A DNA stretch of 64,000 nt from the human T2T-CHM13v2.0 reference genome, Homo sapiens. How positions within the stretch are numbered: position 1 is the first letter of the stretch; every line of letters starts with the position of its first letter. Shown in pieces: positions 62,416-64,000 of this stretch. Position numbers and translations under genes: made by a program. Location of the stretch: assembly GCF_009914755.1 (NCBI RefSeq), contig NC_060925.1. One strand, given 5' to 3'. The notes under the pieces were generated by a model that saw nothing but the letters and a program-made list of their open reading frames with translations, made no database searches and was not told the DNA's origin.

Positions 62416-63508
62416 AAATTATTTCTCATGTGAGGCAAGAATATCCTCTTTCCCCACTTGTATTTAATATTGTATTTGTGGTCCTAGCTAATGTATTAAA
62501 AAAGTACAAGAAATAAATGGCATTGAGATTGAAAAAGGATAAATAAAAAACTGTCTTAATTTGCAGATGATATCATGGTCTCTGCCAAAAATCGGAAGGC
62601 ATTTTCAAAAATGCTACCAGAACTAATAATTATGTTTAGCCCATTTGTAGGATATAAGATCAATATACAAACATCAATTGTATTTTTATATAGTAAAAAG
62701 AAACAATTGGAAATTAAAGTAAAAATATTATTTGCTATAGCATTGAACAATATGAAATATTTTGGGGTAAATATGTACTAGACTTCTCCATTGAAAACCA
62801 ACTGTGAGAAACTCAAGATGACCTAAATAGAGATATATATCATTTTCATGTATCAGAAAACATAATTTTTTTAAGATGTCAATTTTACCTTAAGTATTCT
62901 GTGGATTCAATTCAGTACTAATCAAAATTTCAGTAAGTTTTCTTTGTAAAAATTGACAAGCTTAGTCTAAAATTCATGCAAAGGAATTACAATAGAAAAC
63001 AACAACAACAAAAAGCAAAGTTGGAGGACATTTACTAAGTGAGTGCAAAACTTATTATAAAAGTACAGCAAACAAGGCAGTGTGGTATGGGGAAAGGCAG
63101 GCATGTAGGTCAATGGAACAAACTAGAAAGTCTGAAAATAGACAATGCTTATAAGGTCAATTGATTTTTTACAAAACTTTCAAGGTAATTAATGGACTTG
63201 TTGAGAATACTCAATAAATGATACCAAAACAATTGGATTTTCATGTGCAAACAAATAAAATTTAACCTTTTATTAACACTTTATAAAAATGGACTTGAAA
63301 TAGATTATAGACACAAATTTAAGAGCAAATATTATGACATTTATAGAATAAACTATAGCAGAAAAAAGATTGTATCTTTAGGTTAGGCACAGATTTCTTA
63401 AATAGGATACTAAAAACACAAAGCACAACAGAAAAATAATAATATATTGAACTTCTTTAAAATTAAAACTTTACTCTCCAAAAGATCCCATTAAGAGTAT
63501 GAAAAGGT

Positions 63509-64000
63509 GGGAGTTTAGGAAAAATGGCAAATAGGAGACAGGACTAACATGTAGCTCCCACTTGGATGGACAGAACAGAGTGAGGAGACTCACATTGTGA
63601 ACTTTTGCTCTAGAACCACCACAAGAACATACTGGAAAAACTGAGTGACCCTTTCACAGACCCTTTGAAAAATGTGGCTTGCCACTGCAAACTCCAGAAG
63701 AGATCCAAAACACTGTGAGTCCCCAAAGTGATGGGGAGAAAAGTCTGCCTCGAAATACACATCTTCACAGGGAAACCTAAAAATCCAGATCATGGGAGAA
63801 GGATTTAACCTTACCTAGAACTGAAATGGACTTAGAGAGCCAAGCGAAATATAAAAGTAGAAGAAGCAGTGGGAAGAGCCCTGGAGTCACTACTGGTCCC
63901 CAGCTCATGCCCAAGGAACCCATTCCTGGCTGTATTTCATGGAGTCCTTGGGGAAGGCAGCCAGCAGAAATGGGGAGGGGTCACAGGGTTAAATAAGCGT
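63509..64000 (+). mobile_element. 5' UTR of an older primate L1 (about L1PA13-16), running off the window
   Basis: 'aaaatggcaaataggagacaggactaacatgtagctcccacttggatggacagaacag...gtgaacttttgctc' resembles that group's 5' end. Confidence 0.7.

Overview
AT-rich, CpG-depleted human genomic DNA, either intergenic or deep intronic. Human origin is inferred from the L1HS diagnostic bases. No host protein-coding exon, RNA gene or CRISPR array can be supported. The window is a layered record of transposable elements: ancient MIR, L2, MER5 and L1M; MaLR, ERVL and ERV1 LTRs, including two LTR-internal-LTR MaLR proviruses; AluJ, AluS and AluY; and several primate L1s. The main feature is a full-length minus-strand L1HS of pre-Ta type (39492-45546, 13-bp TSD). 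It has intact ORF1 and ORF0, but ORF2 is split by a single 4-bp deletion, which leaves the stop codon overlapping the ATG of the 200-aa C-terminal piece. There is also a clear twin-primed (5'-inverted) L1PA8-like insertion at 23948-25518. I found no convincing undescribed biological system. Subfamily names are recalled from consensus sequences, not from a database search, and boundaries of old repeats are approximate.
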